From Tubiluchus corallicola (Eukaryota > Animalia > Priapulida), in the NCBI GenBank assembly GCA_030141605.1, contig JAQGDQ010000143.1, forward strand, positions 248,001-312,000: a DNA stretch of 64,000 nucleotides. Reading direction: 5' to 3'. Positions 1 through 52,300 of the stretch are shown here, in pieces. A program made the translations under genes and the position numbers. How positions within the stretch are numbered: position 1 is the first letter of the stretch; every line of letters starts with the position of its first letter. The notes beneath the pieces were generated by a model, which saw only the letters and a program-made list of their open reading frames with translations, was not told where the DNA came from and did no database searches.

Positions 1-863
1 ATTCTCTTTCTCGTGAAGCCTTTGGATGCACTAAGAACGAGTTAGCATCCTTATCGCACGCTTAACATTCACGAAATCGTTAGCAGAAAGTAGGTCTACA
101 GAACTGGCAAGCATTTGTCTTGATCTTGGCTAAGTACATATGCATGTAGACAAGATTTAAAGCTTATTAGACCGCCACGTCAATGTATTATATAGCTGTT
201 GTAGGTTGCTGCTTGGATGCATATATCGCAGTAAGGGCGCAGAATAGAATTCTTCCTTTCTTTCTGCTGATGACAGAGAGCTCCTAGCTGCTTCTGACAG
301 AAAGAACAGTCTGAAGCGATTTAACCCTGTGATTTTATTGAGAGCAGAACAGCAACGACTGTGAAGAAATATTTCCTAGCGTGCAATGCTACAGTCCATG
401 CTAAGGTTGAAAAGCGAATAAGTCAATGTTCAAGCCTTCTGTTAATGCCGTTACCATAATTGCCGGTACACTATTGGATAATAGGCAATTATAGAGACAC
501 GAGCATTAGATTTCCAAACTTATTAATACTGTAGCTATACAGTTGCTGGTCAATTGTGGATGTTCAATATTTGTTGCTCGGCTAATGGCACGTACATGTC
601 TGATACCAATGTTGCACAATGAATTTAATGTATTAAACTAATATTAGTCACTGAAGAAGATAGTCAGTCCTTGGCCTGTACGTTGTTCTGATAGTTGGTT
701 AGCTAGATAATTAATAGGTAGGTCGCTTGGGTGAAAGATCGATAAATGGTTTGTTAATGGTGAGCAAGCTAGTAAGCAAAAGTGAGTATTTGCCGCATTA
801 ATATTTGGTAATAATCGCAATGTTTCAGTACATTCCTTCTGCTTTAATTAATTACCCTTTAAG

Positions 864-1471
864 TTAAAGCAAAACCGGACCCAATCTCAAATTGCAAGTC
901 AAAATAATCTACTCTTTAAAATATTAAAAGAAGATACCATTTTTCCAGAATGCTTTACCTGAAAGAATTATTACCGCACAAACGTAATTTCGCGCTCGCG
1001 CCACTAGCTTTTCGCTGTTACATACATTTCGTCATTCGTTAGTTATACGGGCACTAGCGCCTGCATTTCGAAAACGCATTTCACAAAAAACAGGTGCTGT
1101 ACTTCTTAGTTCAGATGTGTTCGTTTCTGACGTACTGCACACATTCGACAGCTCATGCGTGAGCACTGCGCTAAATTTGAAATTTGAATTTTTATCTTGC
1201 AACTTGCCGAGTTTTATTACAACACACTGAATCTCTTACAGTAGCGCTGTACTTAAATTTTTTCGTCCCAAATACGTGTAACACGCTCGCAGAATATTTT
1301 TGCTGTTGACAATTATGTTCGTTTGTGATGCCATCAATAGTTGGACTCGCCCGCCGTTAATTAAGATTTTAATCAGAAACGCTTTTCCAGTATTACTGGT
1401 GTTAAAATGTATACTTTTTACCGTAGTTGAAAATTGGATAGCATATGAAAAATCACACTGCCTTCCTTTAA
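864..1471. mobile_element. ~610 bp non-autonomous DNA transposon with TTAA flanks (Kolobok/T2-MITE-like), copy 1
   Basis: TTAA|AGCAAAACC ... GCCTTCCT|TTAA; aligns along its full length, inverted, with 16151-16770. Confidence 0.75.
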
Positions 1472-4400
1472 GTGTGTTAATTGTCCCTCTTAATGTACGT
1501 TTTGAATACCCACAGAACTCCCAGGGTTGAGTGTATTTAAAATAGAACGATGTGTCACTAGTATCTTATGGGTGTCTCTAATTGACTGTTTACTACCTGG
1601 ACGAGATCTTAGACTTATACTGTTTTATTGGGGCGATAATTTAGATGGTACGGCGTGTAACCGCAAGTGTTAGAAATGCATTTAATTAGCTGTTAGGTTT
1701 AGCTTGTGTTTCTCGAAATGTGTGTTTTGTGTGAGTGTGCATGCGTGAATTTGAGTGAAAGAGTGTGTGAGTGAATGTATGTGTGAGTAAACGAGCGAAT
1801 TGAGTGGAGTTGGGGTGAGAGACTGACTGAGATTATTAAATTTCATAAACTGAAAGAGGGCGAATAATAGCCTATGCAATGAAGATCTTTTTTCATCATT
1901 TGAAGTAATAATTTGTATGTAAGTGAGTTCATATTAAATTTATTTGTAATAAAAACTGAGTTACAACCATAGATAATATCTGTTATCTATGAGATAATAC
2001 AACTAAAGGGCAAGAAAGTAATTGCTACAAGTGTTTTTGATGATTTTTCCTATCATCGCAAACCTGACAAGGGGCGTTTTTCAGAAAAATTTTACAAGTA
2101 ACTTTTTTATCCGCCTCATTTCATCGTAAAATGCGTAAGATAAGCACTTGTAGGTTTCGTTAATCTATTTTTACTTCATGTTCAAATAAATTCTTTGCGA
2201 TTAGTTCTTGAAGCACTGATTTCAAAGCAAGAAACTGACGTCAATTAGCGCACACTCAGTTTAATTACAAAGCGCCATAATTAACGATTTAATTACTGGT
2301 AGCTGTAAATTCCAAATAATTAACGAAGGTATACTTGAAAGAGATGAATTTCTTAAAGATGCTGCAAGTTGTTTGCAGTTATTATTTTTTAACCCTCTCA
2401 GTTTTCAAAATGCTTTAACTTTTGATTTAAAACAATTTTAGTAATAATAAAGTTTAAAAAACGTATGCGTATAATGTTCATATATTAAAACATATGCTGT
2501 ACACTGTGGCAGCAAACAACGACCAATAAAAACAAACAAACTGAAGAAAATCGGCAAAGCAGCATACTGCCATCAGCGCTATAATTATGAAGTAAATAAG
2601 ATAGAGCCATTAAACGTGGACCCCTCCCATCAGTGCCATAATAATGAATAAATAAATCTAAAAATGATAATTGTGGCCTAAATAAATGAAAGCCATTAAA
2701 AAGTGGACCACTTTGCTCGGTGGTATTACAAGGCGTAGCTCTCGATACTATGACAATGATTAGTGTTGCTTAAGTGTCACATTGAACTTGTTTTAGCGAT
2801 ATCAGAATTCAATGCACACATTGTTACTTTTTAGTAGACTGAAATGAATGGCCAACGTGGCTTTCTTGTTTTAGTTTGTCTAATTCACTAGGTCACGATC
2901 AATTAGTTTAAGCTTCTTGGAAATTGCCAACGTCACCTCTCTTTGGCTGTCATGTTCTCCTATTCGTGTCTGTTGTGTGGATGTATCGTGTGCCCACACA
3001 AGTGAAATTCGTTTTACACGCAGAATACTTGCTATAACAAAAAATATCAGTAATTATGCGCTTTTTCTAGACTTTCTTCGAGCAAGAGAAATTTATCACT
3101 TAGAGATGTCGTTACGCTCGCGAGCGGAATGTTTAAATCACAGCAAAACAGCATTGAAGTTTACAGCCTAGTTAATGATCTCATACTTCAAAAGATGGGT
3201 AAAGATTCATCAAACCAGCAAGACCGCTGAAAGCTTCTGACATTTATTTGGGTGGTTCGTCTTACATCATTATAAACTAGCCTAGCCATTTACTACAAGA
3301 ATAACATCATTGCGCCTGGAAATTGGATCACACGTCCCAAGATTCAATGCCCAAGGTGCGAAATCGTAATAAATGAGCTTTGAATTGAAAGGCGGCACGC
3401 AGTAATGAATTGAAATCGAATTTGCACGAAAGTTTGGTTGTGGATAAACGTATCATTCACAAAACCAGAACCTGCATAAATAAACTAGCCTCGAGGAAGA
3501 CGATACTACTTAAACCAAGGTTACAAAATGCCTAGTGATTATTAGTCAGTTGCGATGGATCTCAAAGGAATTCATTATCGCACACGAGCTATTTACAACC
3601 TCAATATTATAAGCGCTCCTGACCTGTTGCGCATTATGGATGACAGACTAAGGACAATAAAAACCCAAAATAAAGCCAAATTCCTCATGGTATTGAAAAA
3701 TATAAATCATAATAATGCACCATGTTTACTTCTGTAGAGATGAGACTTTTCTTTCCGTGTCTTTCCCTTCTGTTCTTCCCCTCTACGTGTATAAACAAAG
3801 GAATGAGCAGGAGAGCATTCATAGATAGACGGATGGACGAACGGGTGAACGGAAGAATGCGCGATGAACCAAAAATGGGTGAGCAAACAAGCCAATATTT
3901 GTTAGAAAATTGTCTCAAACAGCAAGAAGACAAACAGGCAATAAAATATGAATTATCAACTGAAAACCAAATGTGGCACTTGTTTCATTTACCTCTATTA
4001 CATAATAATTTTGTATTTGTTTAATTCAAAAGAAATCAATCTTTTAGTAAACCTTCCAGTTAAAAAACGACTTTAGAGTTTTTTCTTTGATTTCATAAAT
4101 TACCCGTGGCAAAATATTATTTCCACGGAGTTGCCAGCTTACATAATTTACAAAACGAATAATTAGGCGTAAAATATTCGTGCCTCGTTAGCTCAATGGC
4201 ATTTCAATTGAATTTAGCTGCGTTCTTCTTGACAATCCTCGGCAATATTTTCTACTAAGCGCATTTGCATGAGTCTAGAGCTGTAATCCAAAGATGTGTT
4301 GGTCCTACAAATCTCTCGGACACTAATGCGCCTAACGATGAATAATTTTCTCATGAGAGAAATGAATGAGCATCTTAGCAGTCAAAATTCTGGCTGGTGC

Positions 4401-4582
4401 GAAACGTACAGTCGCACATTGTTGCAGCTGCTGCACAATTCTGTCTGCTGCGAAATACACAATGCATATTTGTTGACACTAGTTAATATTGTTTTTGTAA
4501 GATTGTACGCCACTGAGGTTTTTGTGCTTACTACTTGTTGTATAATGAGCTTTTATCATTTTTGAACTACACCAACTATAGA

Positions 4583-4919
<337 letters not shown>

Positions 4920-4920
4920 A

Positions 4921-5365
4921 CATCACCAAATTATACACCTTACCAATATCCCACAGTCATCGCCAAATAATACACGTTGCCAACATCCCACAATCAACAC
5001 CAAATTATACACTTTGCCGACATTCACTAAAATCACCAAATTATAAACCTTGACAACATTGCACAATCATCACGAAATTGTGCACCTTGTCAACATTCCA
5101 CAATCATCGCTAAATTATACACTTTGGCAACATTCTACAATCGGCGCTATATTATACACCTTACCGACGTTCCGCCATCATCAACAAATTATATATGTTG
5201 CCAACATTCCGTAATCATTACCAAGTTATACACCTTGCCAACATTCCACAATAACCGTTATATTATTGCGGCTGTCACCGCTATAATATTCACCTTGCCA
5301 ACGCCAATTTGTACACGTTGCCAACATCATACATTTTCAACAATATTATACCCCTTGCCAACTTC
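4921..5365. repeat. ~37 bp minisatellite, ~10 diverged copies
   Basis: Consensus about CATCACCAAATTATACACCTTGCCAACATTCCACAAT, repeated head-to-tail. Confidence 0.9.
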
Positions 5366-6535
5366 AGAACCAGTATAACAACAATAACAAACATCTTTCA
5401 CAACAACAAGATAATGATGTTGCAGGTATAGTTACTACTGTGTACAACAAGAATTAATAACAACAACCTTGTTCTTTACTATTTTAGATTCAGTTTGTAA
5501 AAGCGAGAAGAAATAGTACAAAATATTTTGTTTAATTTCCTGTATTCCTTATAGGAATTGAACTCGCAGCCTTCCAAGCAATGCACACCATGTGTGTTTT
5601 ACAGGAGAAGAGATTAAGCCGTATATGCTAGTTGAATACATATCATCCTATAAAGTTATGTGCTATCGCCCGACTCAGAGCAATTTTCTGCCAATTAGGC
5701 ATTGGATGAGGCGCTGGCTTCATTTTTCAAGCATAATATGAAAATAAGTGGGTGAACAAAATACATGAGGGCCCGCAAAATACGTCCATATATCAAAAAA
5801 CGTGATTATATGCTCGAATGACAGTTTCTATAGCAACGCTAAATGGAGAGACAAATTGTATGATCGTATAAAAATGGCCATGTTGCAGCCTATTTTGTGG
5901 TAAATGCACGCAGTATAATACTTCTGCTTTCGAAGTTAGAACAGATGTACTTGATGTATTAAGTGTATGTTAATTGTTACCATACGGTAGAAATTACCGT
6001 CCTGTTTAAATGCTTAATCTCTCTTGTTGTTTTTGCAAGCTAAATGTTACTATCATTATTCATTTATTGTTATTTATGTTTATTTATTATTCTTTGGTGC
6101 ACTTTGAAAGTAAGCAGCAGCGGCAGTAACAGCAGTACGAAAGAGTAGTGGAAGTTGCACCACCACCACCTCCACCGCCAGCAGCAATAACAACAAAAAC
6201 AAAAACCGCAGCAGCAGCAGCGGCGGCAGTAGTCACAGCAGTAGTTGCTTTTGCACCTTTGCCATCTCTATCATCATCATCATCATTAATGCCCTCACCA
6301 CTACAATATGTATTTTGTACAACAAATTCTTTTCCAGAATAAAAGTCCTAGAGTGGTAAACAGGCAAGAAACCCAGATCGAAAATGCTCCTTTCATGTGG
6401 AATTAAATTAGTTTTTCGAACTTCCGCGATCTGGAAAGGTTATAATAGGAATTGGGTGCCTAGAACTTTATCCTGAAAAATTTGACATCCGGCTAACATT
6501 TCCTAGAGATGGTAACAATCGTTTCTCTTTTTCAG

Positions 6536-46359
<39,824 letters not shown>

Positions 46360-48019
46360 GATAAACAAGAACAACAACAACCAGAACAACACTTTCCAGA
46401 TGCGTAGCGATTTGAGACCGCAACCAAAATCGCGATATTTTATTCACTTTAAAATATATAGTACTGTTTTCAGTTCACTCTTTAATATTGCTTGCAACTT
46501 TGTCTTGCAAACTCTGCTTGTCAGAACTTAGCTGTTAGTAATTGGTTTTCTTTGCGTGAATAAGCGTTGGCATAACTTTACTCTGCATTCTATGGAAACC
46601 CATAACTAATAAGAATGGGTGAGATTTCTGAGTGCTCTGCAAGTGCAGTGAGCTAATAGACGTTTGCTTTTCATTTTGGATTTCTAGTGTGGAATGTCTG
46701 AAATAAATTCTGAAGTCCATCAATGTAAGCGGTGATGCCGTATATAACTACGGATTATGTTATAATTATGGTGTTTTTCCCAATACTTGAACTTCTGTTG
46801 CAGATAATTTCTCCCATTAATTAGTGCTATTTCTAATGCTTGGTGTTTGTCTCCTGGTGTTTTACGTACAGTTGTATAAATTACACTGCGGAAATTTGTG
46901 TCTAAATATCTTCATGCCATTGTGCTATACATTATGCATAAGTGAATGTACTCGCGAACTTGTACAATAATTTTCTCGGCGTTGTTTTCCCGTAGTACTA
47001 TTGTTCTACTAACCGCTAAAATTATTTGGGTATTCCTAATGACAATTTTGACTACATTTATTATTGGCAAAAAATCATCAGTATAATGAAATAGATACAG
47101 TTATAGAGACAAAACACACATTTGAAGTTCGAAGGACACGAAAGTGAAAGAATGACACTGATTATAAATTTTTGGTCTACATTTTTATTACAAAAATATT
47201 GTGAGCTATAAACACGTGTCGTAATTATGATTATTTCTTGATAACATTTTTCAGTAAAGGCAATCATTTCTTTCGCGCTTTCTTAAAACCTTAAAAATAA
47301 GTGTAAAAGGGCTATATATGTCGTAGTTTGTGCTTTTGGCGCCATTTATTGTCGAATTGCTTTATGTCAATATTAACCCGTAGAATTTTAAGCAACGTTT
47401 ATTGTCTTGCAGTTTTATTTTTAATTGTGACAATTTATTAATAGGTTTCCGTACCTTATACACGCATTTTATTACAAAAACTGAATCAACTATTCTGGTC
47501 ACTTTAAGTTTATAATTTTTAATATGAGTATTAAAATCAATCAGAGTTATGAGTAATGATAATGTATTGTCTTGCTGGTACATAAAATATGTATAGAAAG
47601 TGCGCCTCAGTCTCAATAAGGATTTACTTTATTTTACGCAGGAGCTTTAATTTACTGTACAACCACCAAGCCACAGAAATGCATTCATGACCTACTATGA
47701 AAAGAGAAATGAAGTGAGGTGAGGTGAGGTGAGGTGAGATGAAGTGAGTTGAGGTGGGGTGACATACTTCTACAGTTCTTCAATTCAGAAACATTCAGCA
47801 GTATAAATCTAAATGAAAAAAATCCAGCTACACAATTTTATATTCAACCCGACTTGCGAAATTTTGCAAGGTTCGGCAGTTTTTGTCCATGTATTTCTAA
47901 CACTAAATGTTGCTAATGATTCATTTGAATATTTGAAATTTGTCCGCTAGTAATGTATAAATAATGTATAAATGTATAATAATGCATCAGAGAATAATAA
48001 AAAAACTTTGAAAACCGAA

Positions 48020-48504
48020 GTGTCGTTCAGACTAGAGAATGCTCTTGGAAGTTCTTGTGCAAGTTCTCTCTGAGAGTTTACTCGCAAGTGTGAACGGTTT
48101 TGCAAATTCTCTCGCAAGAACTCTCAGCAACACTCGTTTCGTTTGCAATAACTTGCGAGAGAACTTGCAAAGCCGTTCACTCTTGCGAGTTTACCTTCGG
48201 AGAGAGCTTGTACAATAACTTGCAAGAGAACTTGCAAAGCCGTTCACCCTTGCGAGTTCACCCTCGGAGAGAACTTGTACAATAGCTTGCGAGAGAACTT
48301 GCAAAGCCGTTCACCCTTGCGAGTTCACTCTCGGAGAGAGCTTGTACAATAACTAGCGACAGAACTTGCAAAGCCGTTCACTCTTTCAAGTTTACTCTCA
48401 GAGAGAACTTGCGCAAGAATTTGCGAGAGAACTCTCTAGTCTTAACGCGCCATTACGGTCAGAGAATAACTCAAAGCAAGTTTTGCTCTCTAGTCTGAAC
48501 ACGC
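48020..48504. mobile_element. Foldback MITE (Harbinger/Tourist-like termini) with an internal 4 x 67 bp tandem array
   Basis: TIRs GTTCAGACTAGAGA / TCTCTAGTCTGAAC; units start at 48157, 48224, 48291, 48358; left arm 48050-48120 is the reverse complement of one unit. Confidence 0.8.
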
Positions 48505-48534
48505 TAGCGACACACACAAGCACACAAGCACAAA

Positions 48535-48883
48535 CACACACACACACACACACGCACGCGCGCACGCACACACACACACACAATTACATATATATATATA
48601 TATATATATATTTCGTTTCAAATCACTTCTTTGTATACTTATATATATATTATATATTATATATATTCTTTCATATATAGTTTACATTCATATTATATCA
48701 CGAATATGTATATATTCTTTCATAATGCCAAACAACTCTGTCAACTGTAGCTGATAATTTATTATCAGAAAATGTTTATCAAGGCGTGTACTCATATATA
48801 ATTTGAAAGTCAATGGCAAATGTTGTTTGTTTCACTTTTTAAACTCACACGTTAAACGCAACTGTAAATAAGAGCTGGTTTAC
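48535..48883 (+). repeat. Second copy of that block, directly upstream of the ShKT gene
   Basis: Ends ~40 bp before the candidate TATA box and ~150 bp before the ATG. Confidence 0.95.
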
Positions 48884-48923
48884 ATTACTAAGCCATAAAA
48901 TATCGTTAAGTTAGTTAGTGCTT

Positions 48924-48959
48924 TATAAATATTTAGTGGTGTTTGTTACAATTTTAGTT
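48924..48959 (+). promoter_or_regulatory. Candidate TATA box + initiator of the ShKT gene
   Basis: TATAAAT at 48924-48930 and Inr-like TTAGTT at 48954-48959 (~32 nt apart), ~80 nt before the ATG; AT-rich background lowers specificity. Confidence 0.4.
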
Positions 48960-49034
48960 CTAGAAGTTTCACAGTAGTTGAATACTGTAGCTACTAAACA
49001 TTTCTGTTTGAAAGCAGCCTTTCTTCATCAGTAG

Positions 49035-49314
49035 ATGAATTACTATCATTTAAAAAGTTTTTTTGGGCCTTGCTGCATCGTCTTTATTTGGGTTTTTTCC
49101 TTCACAACTGCACAAAAATGTTACGTCAGTAATGGTGCAGTATATAAAGATGGTGACAAAGTTCCGGATACTGACCCATGCAAAAGCTGTTTCTGTAACA
49201 GAGGTATCAAGGAGTGCACGCAAAAGATCTGTTTCCCAGAGGATGCTAATGTCACACCTGACTGTGAATTAAAAACGATGACAGGATCATGCTGCGAGAG
49301 TGATTTTGTGTGCG
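49035..49314 (+). CDS. Exon 1: signal peptide + von Willebrand factor type C domain
   Basis: ATG is preceded by an in-frame TAG. MNYYHLKSFFGPCCIVFIWVFSFTTA then QKCYVSNG...DPCKSCFC...EC...IC...DC...GSCC...VC. Donor G|gtaagc. Confidence 0.9.
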
Positions 49315-52300
49315 GTAAGCAAGAATGGGACATTATTAGAAACTAATATCACAAACGTTGTAATGCAGAAAACATGTCTGCCTCTTCAAATAAGTGTATT
49401 TTCATGCTGTTCAGAAACCTGCAAGCTGGAAATGTGGCATTCATAGACAGGCCCTACGCAAATTAGATGGTCTCTGCTAGACCAGGACATTACTCATTGT
49501 AAAGGCTATGCCACTAAAATGGGTCGCTTAACCGTATCTCCTCGATACGGATAGTTGCAGATATTAATTTTTTTATTGAAAGTCTTTAAAAGTTAAAAAA
49601 GGTTTTTTAAAATGGACTATCTTTTGCTCTAACACTATCCAATGTTTCATTTAGATTGCTGTGTTTGTATTAAGTTTTGTTTTGTTTTATAGACATCACG
49701 TAAAATGTCTAAACAATTGTAACAGGTTTCCAGTAAAAACTTGGATATGAGATTACGCCTGTTGTTTAGATATCTTTACTTTTATAAACATCACTAATAT
49801 CTTCTTTTAGATTCCTCACCCTGCACATCTGATGAATTTGACTGCATGTCAAATAACGAACGATGCCTTCCGTTGCGTTATACCTGCGACCATGTGCCTG
49901 ACTGCGTGAACGAGTATGATGAAAAATTTTGCTGTAAGAACTGTTTTTAATGTAAACGAAGAAAGGAAGTGTAAAATTTGACGCTATATATTTGTTTGTT
50001 ATATATTTTACTGAATTAGCTGATTTTGCCCAAATATGAAACAAATTTGGGGTTTGGAATTTCTCTCATATATCTTCATAGGAAATTATTTACCAAAAAA
50101 TATTGTCTCAATTGCTTAAAAATATCAGTTAATAAATGATTTCAAGTTTCTTTAAATATACCTTAAACGATTTGGTAAAAAGGCATTCATAACAAATTTT
50201 ATTTTACATTTTCAGCGTACAACCGGCAGTCGACCACGGTTGCAACAATTGGTGTGTATCGTTAGTGTTCATAGTAAATGGTTTGCTTTGGTTTGCATTG
50301 CTTTATGTGCCTTGTCATCTCATTATTTCCTTACCTCCTTGAAAAATGCCTTATACCTGTCTATCTTAGTACTTTATGTGATTACTATGGCAGAAAAGCA
50401 GTATCTTGGACAGCTGAGTTAAGAGTTTTTGTTGGTGCTGACATTGGTTATTGTTCTAGCCAGTGAGCAGTTCCATTATACTGTGCCTGTAGTTGCTGGA
50501 TTCATCTGAAAAGACTGGTAACCTGACTACCGTTTCCTTACCATTGAGGGCCGAGTTGAAGCAGTCTCTTTGTAGCGAAAGGAAAGGACAGTGTTACTGT
50601 TACTGTTCTACTGTCTGTTGACTCAGTCTCAGTGTTGTTGTTGTAATATATCGTATGAGAAGTTGTCATGGTGAACCACATGTTGTGAAGACGCATTCAG
50701 TTTCCTAATCCTGTCTTTCCTGTGTGTTTTGTTTTGTACGCCAAGCATTTATATATTGAATTAAAATATAAGTTTTGTCATTATGGTAAACACACGTATT
50801 TTAATGTCGTACTTTACTTTCTTCATACAATTATACAGTTTTTAAGTTTATCATTTTCGTCTTTCTTTTTTCTAATTTAGACATAATTTGCAATTAAGCG
50901 ACCTAGAAAAATAGCAAACGAATCAACTGGTACATTTTTATTACAATTGTAAGTATGAAGGTAATAAACGCATGAAAGCTAGCGATGATATAGGCCCAAA
51001 CATGTTACACACTTAAGAACTAATATGGTATAAATCCTTTCCAACAACAAAAATTGCACCAACAACTACACCGCTAACAACCTTACTCATGAAGTATATG
51101 ATTAAACCATACACTTATAATCATTTAAATGATCATGAAATGTCTGGATCAAAATTAGCCAAATCATCGAGATCTAATTCACCTGATCTGTAATGTATGC
51201 CCTAACATAGTATGCAACAATACCGCCATTTTTTTCTAGAGCTACAAAAGCACAAAATTTATCGGCAGCTACAGGGTTATTTTCAACATCGATAATCCTT
51301 GTATTCTTTGCAGAAGAACCAGAGTCTTGTAGGGACCTCGATGAGGACTGCGAAGACCCGTATAAACGCGGTGAATGTACGAAAGATCCCGCCTACATGC
51401 TGCACTATTGTAATAAGACGTGCAGAGGTTGTTTCGGTTAGTGTATAACATTTTTAATTACTTCCAAAAATCCAAAACTAAGTTTCATGCAAGTCGACTT
51501 GTCATCAATTTCTGACGTCAGGGAAATTTATTCAAGTTTATTTGAAAACATCCACGCAACTTCCACAACGTTTCAACCCTACAACCTGGCGGTCTTCATT
51601 AACAGACTAATATACAAAGTACGATCCGACGACGATCCATGATACAGTGTCGAAACGTTTTGCGAATGCTTTAAAATAAATATGTTTATGCATAAATGCC
51701 TGTTTTTCTCAATTTATTTATTTATTATCTTAAGTCTGTAACATTAAGAGGGATAAAGGACTTAGGTGTAAAATGAGTGAATTGAACTTATTTTTGTAAT
51801 ATGTTTTATAAAAGCTTGCAATGTGATGAGTTCCAGTGTGTTGGCTAACAAAAAGTTTTTATTTCACGAGAAACCGCAAATCATAAGTGGCTGCAAATCT
51901 AATTGTCTCCAATTTTTTTCATGTTCCTACATTTTCTTGAAGTTATTATTCCTCATTATTATCGCAATAATTACACTAGCTGCTGTTGTTACAGCAAGAA
52001 CAAAACCCATTGTTGAATTTGGGGATGTCTCCTACACAATGAGGGGCAGTTTACAAGTTCCTTATTTTCAGATTGCATGGATTTCTTCGATGACTGCAGT
52101 AAATGGGCTATGCAAGGTAAATGTACAGATGTGTCTAATGTCAAGGCTGAATGCCAGAAATCTTGCAACATGTGCACCGACGGTAGGAATCGTTGTGTTT
52201 TAAAACATAAACTTAGTACTAAACATTTCCTTGCCTCAATTGCTATCTATTGGCTATTTTATACTAAATTTCTGGAATGGTCAAATTTTAAAAATTACTC

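Noticed and set aside
3722-4024. 100 aa ORF as the receptor's first exon
   Set aside because: No N-glycosylation-rich GPCR N-terminal character and no suitable phase-0 donor identified
4921-5365. 37 bp repeats as a CRISPR array
   Set aside because: Head-to-tail diverged minisatellite without spacers
5540-5700. tRNA-SINE remnant (B-box-like GTTCAATTCC on the minus strand)
   Set aside because: No clear A-box or second copy in the window; too weak to call
48157-48425. CRISPR-like regular repeats
   Set aside because: The 67 bp units are contiguous with no unique spacers, lie within MITE TIRs, and there are no cas genes in this eukaryotic context
51240-51276. Extra linker micro-exon before ShKT1
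   Set aside because: Would leave an intron of only ~38 nt and has a poor donor
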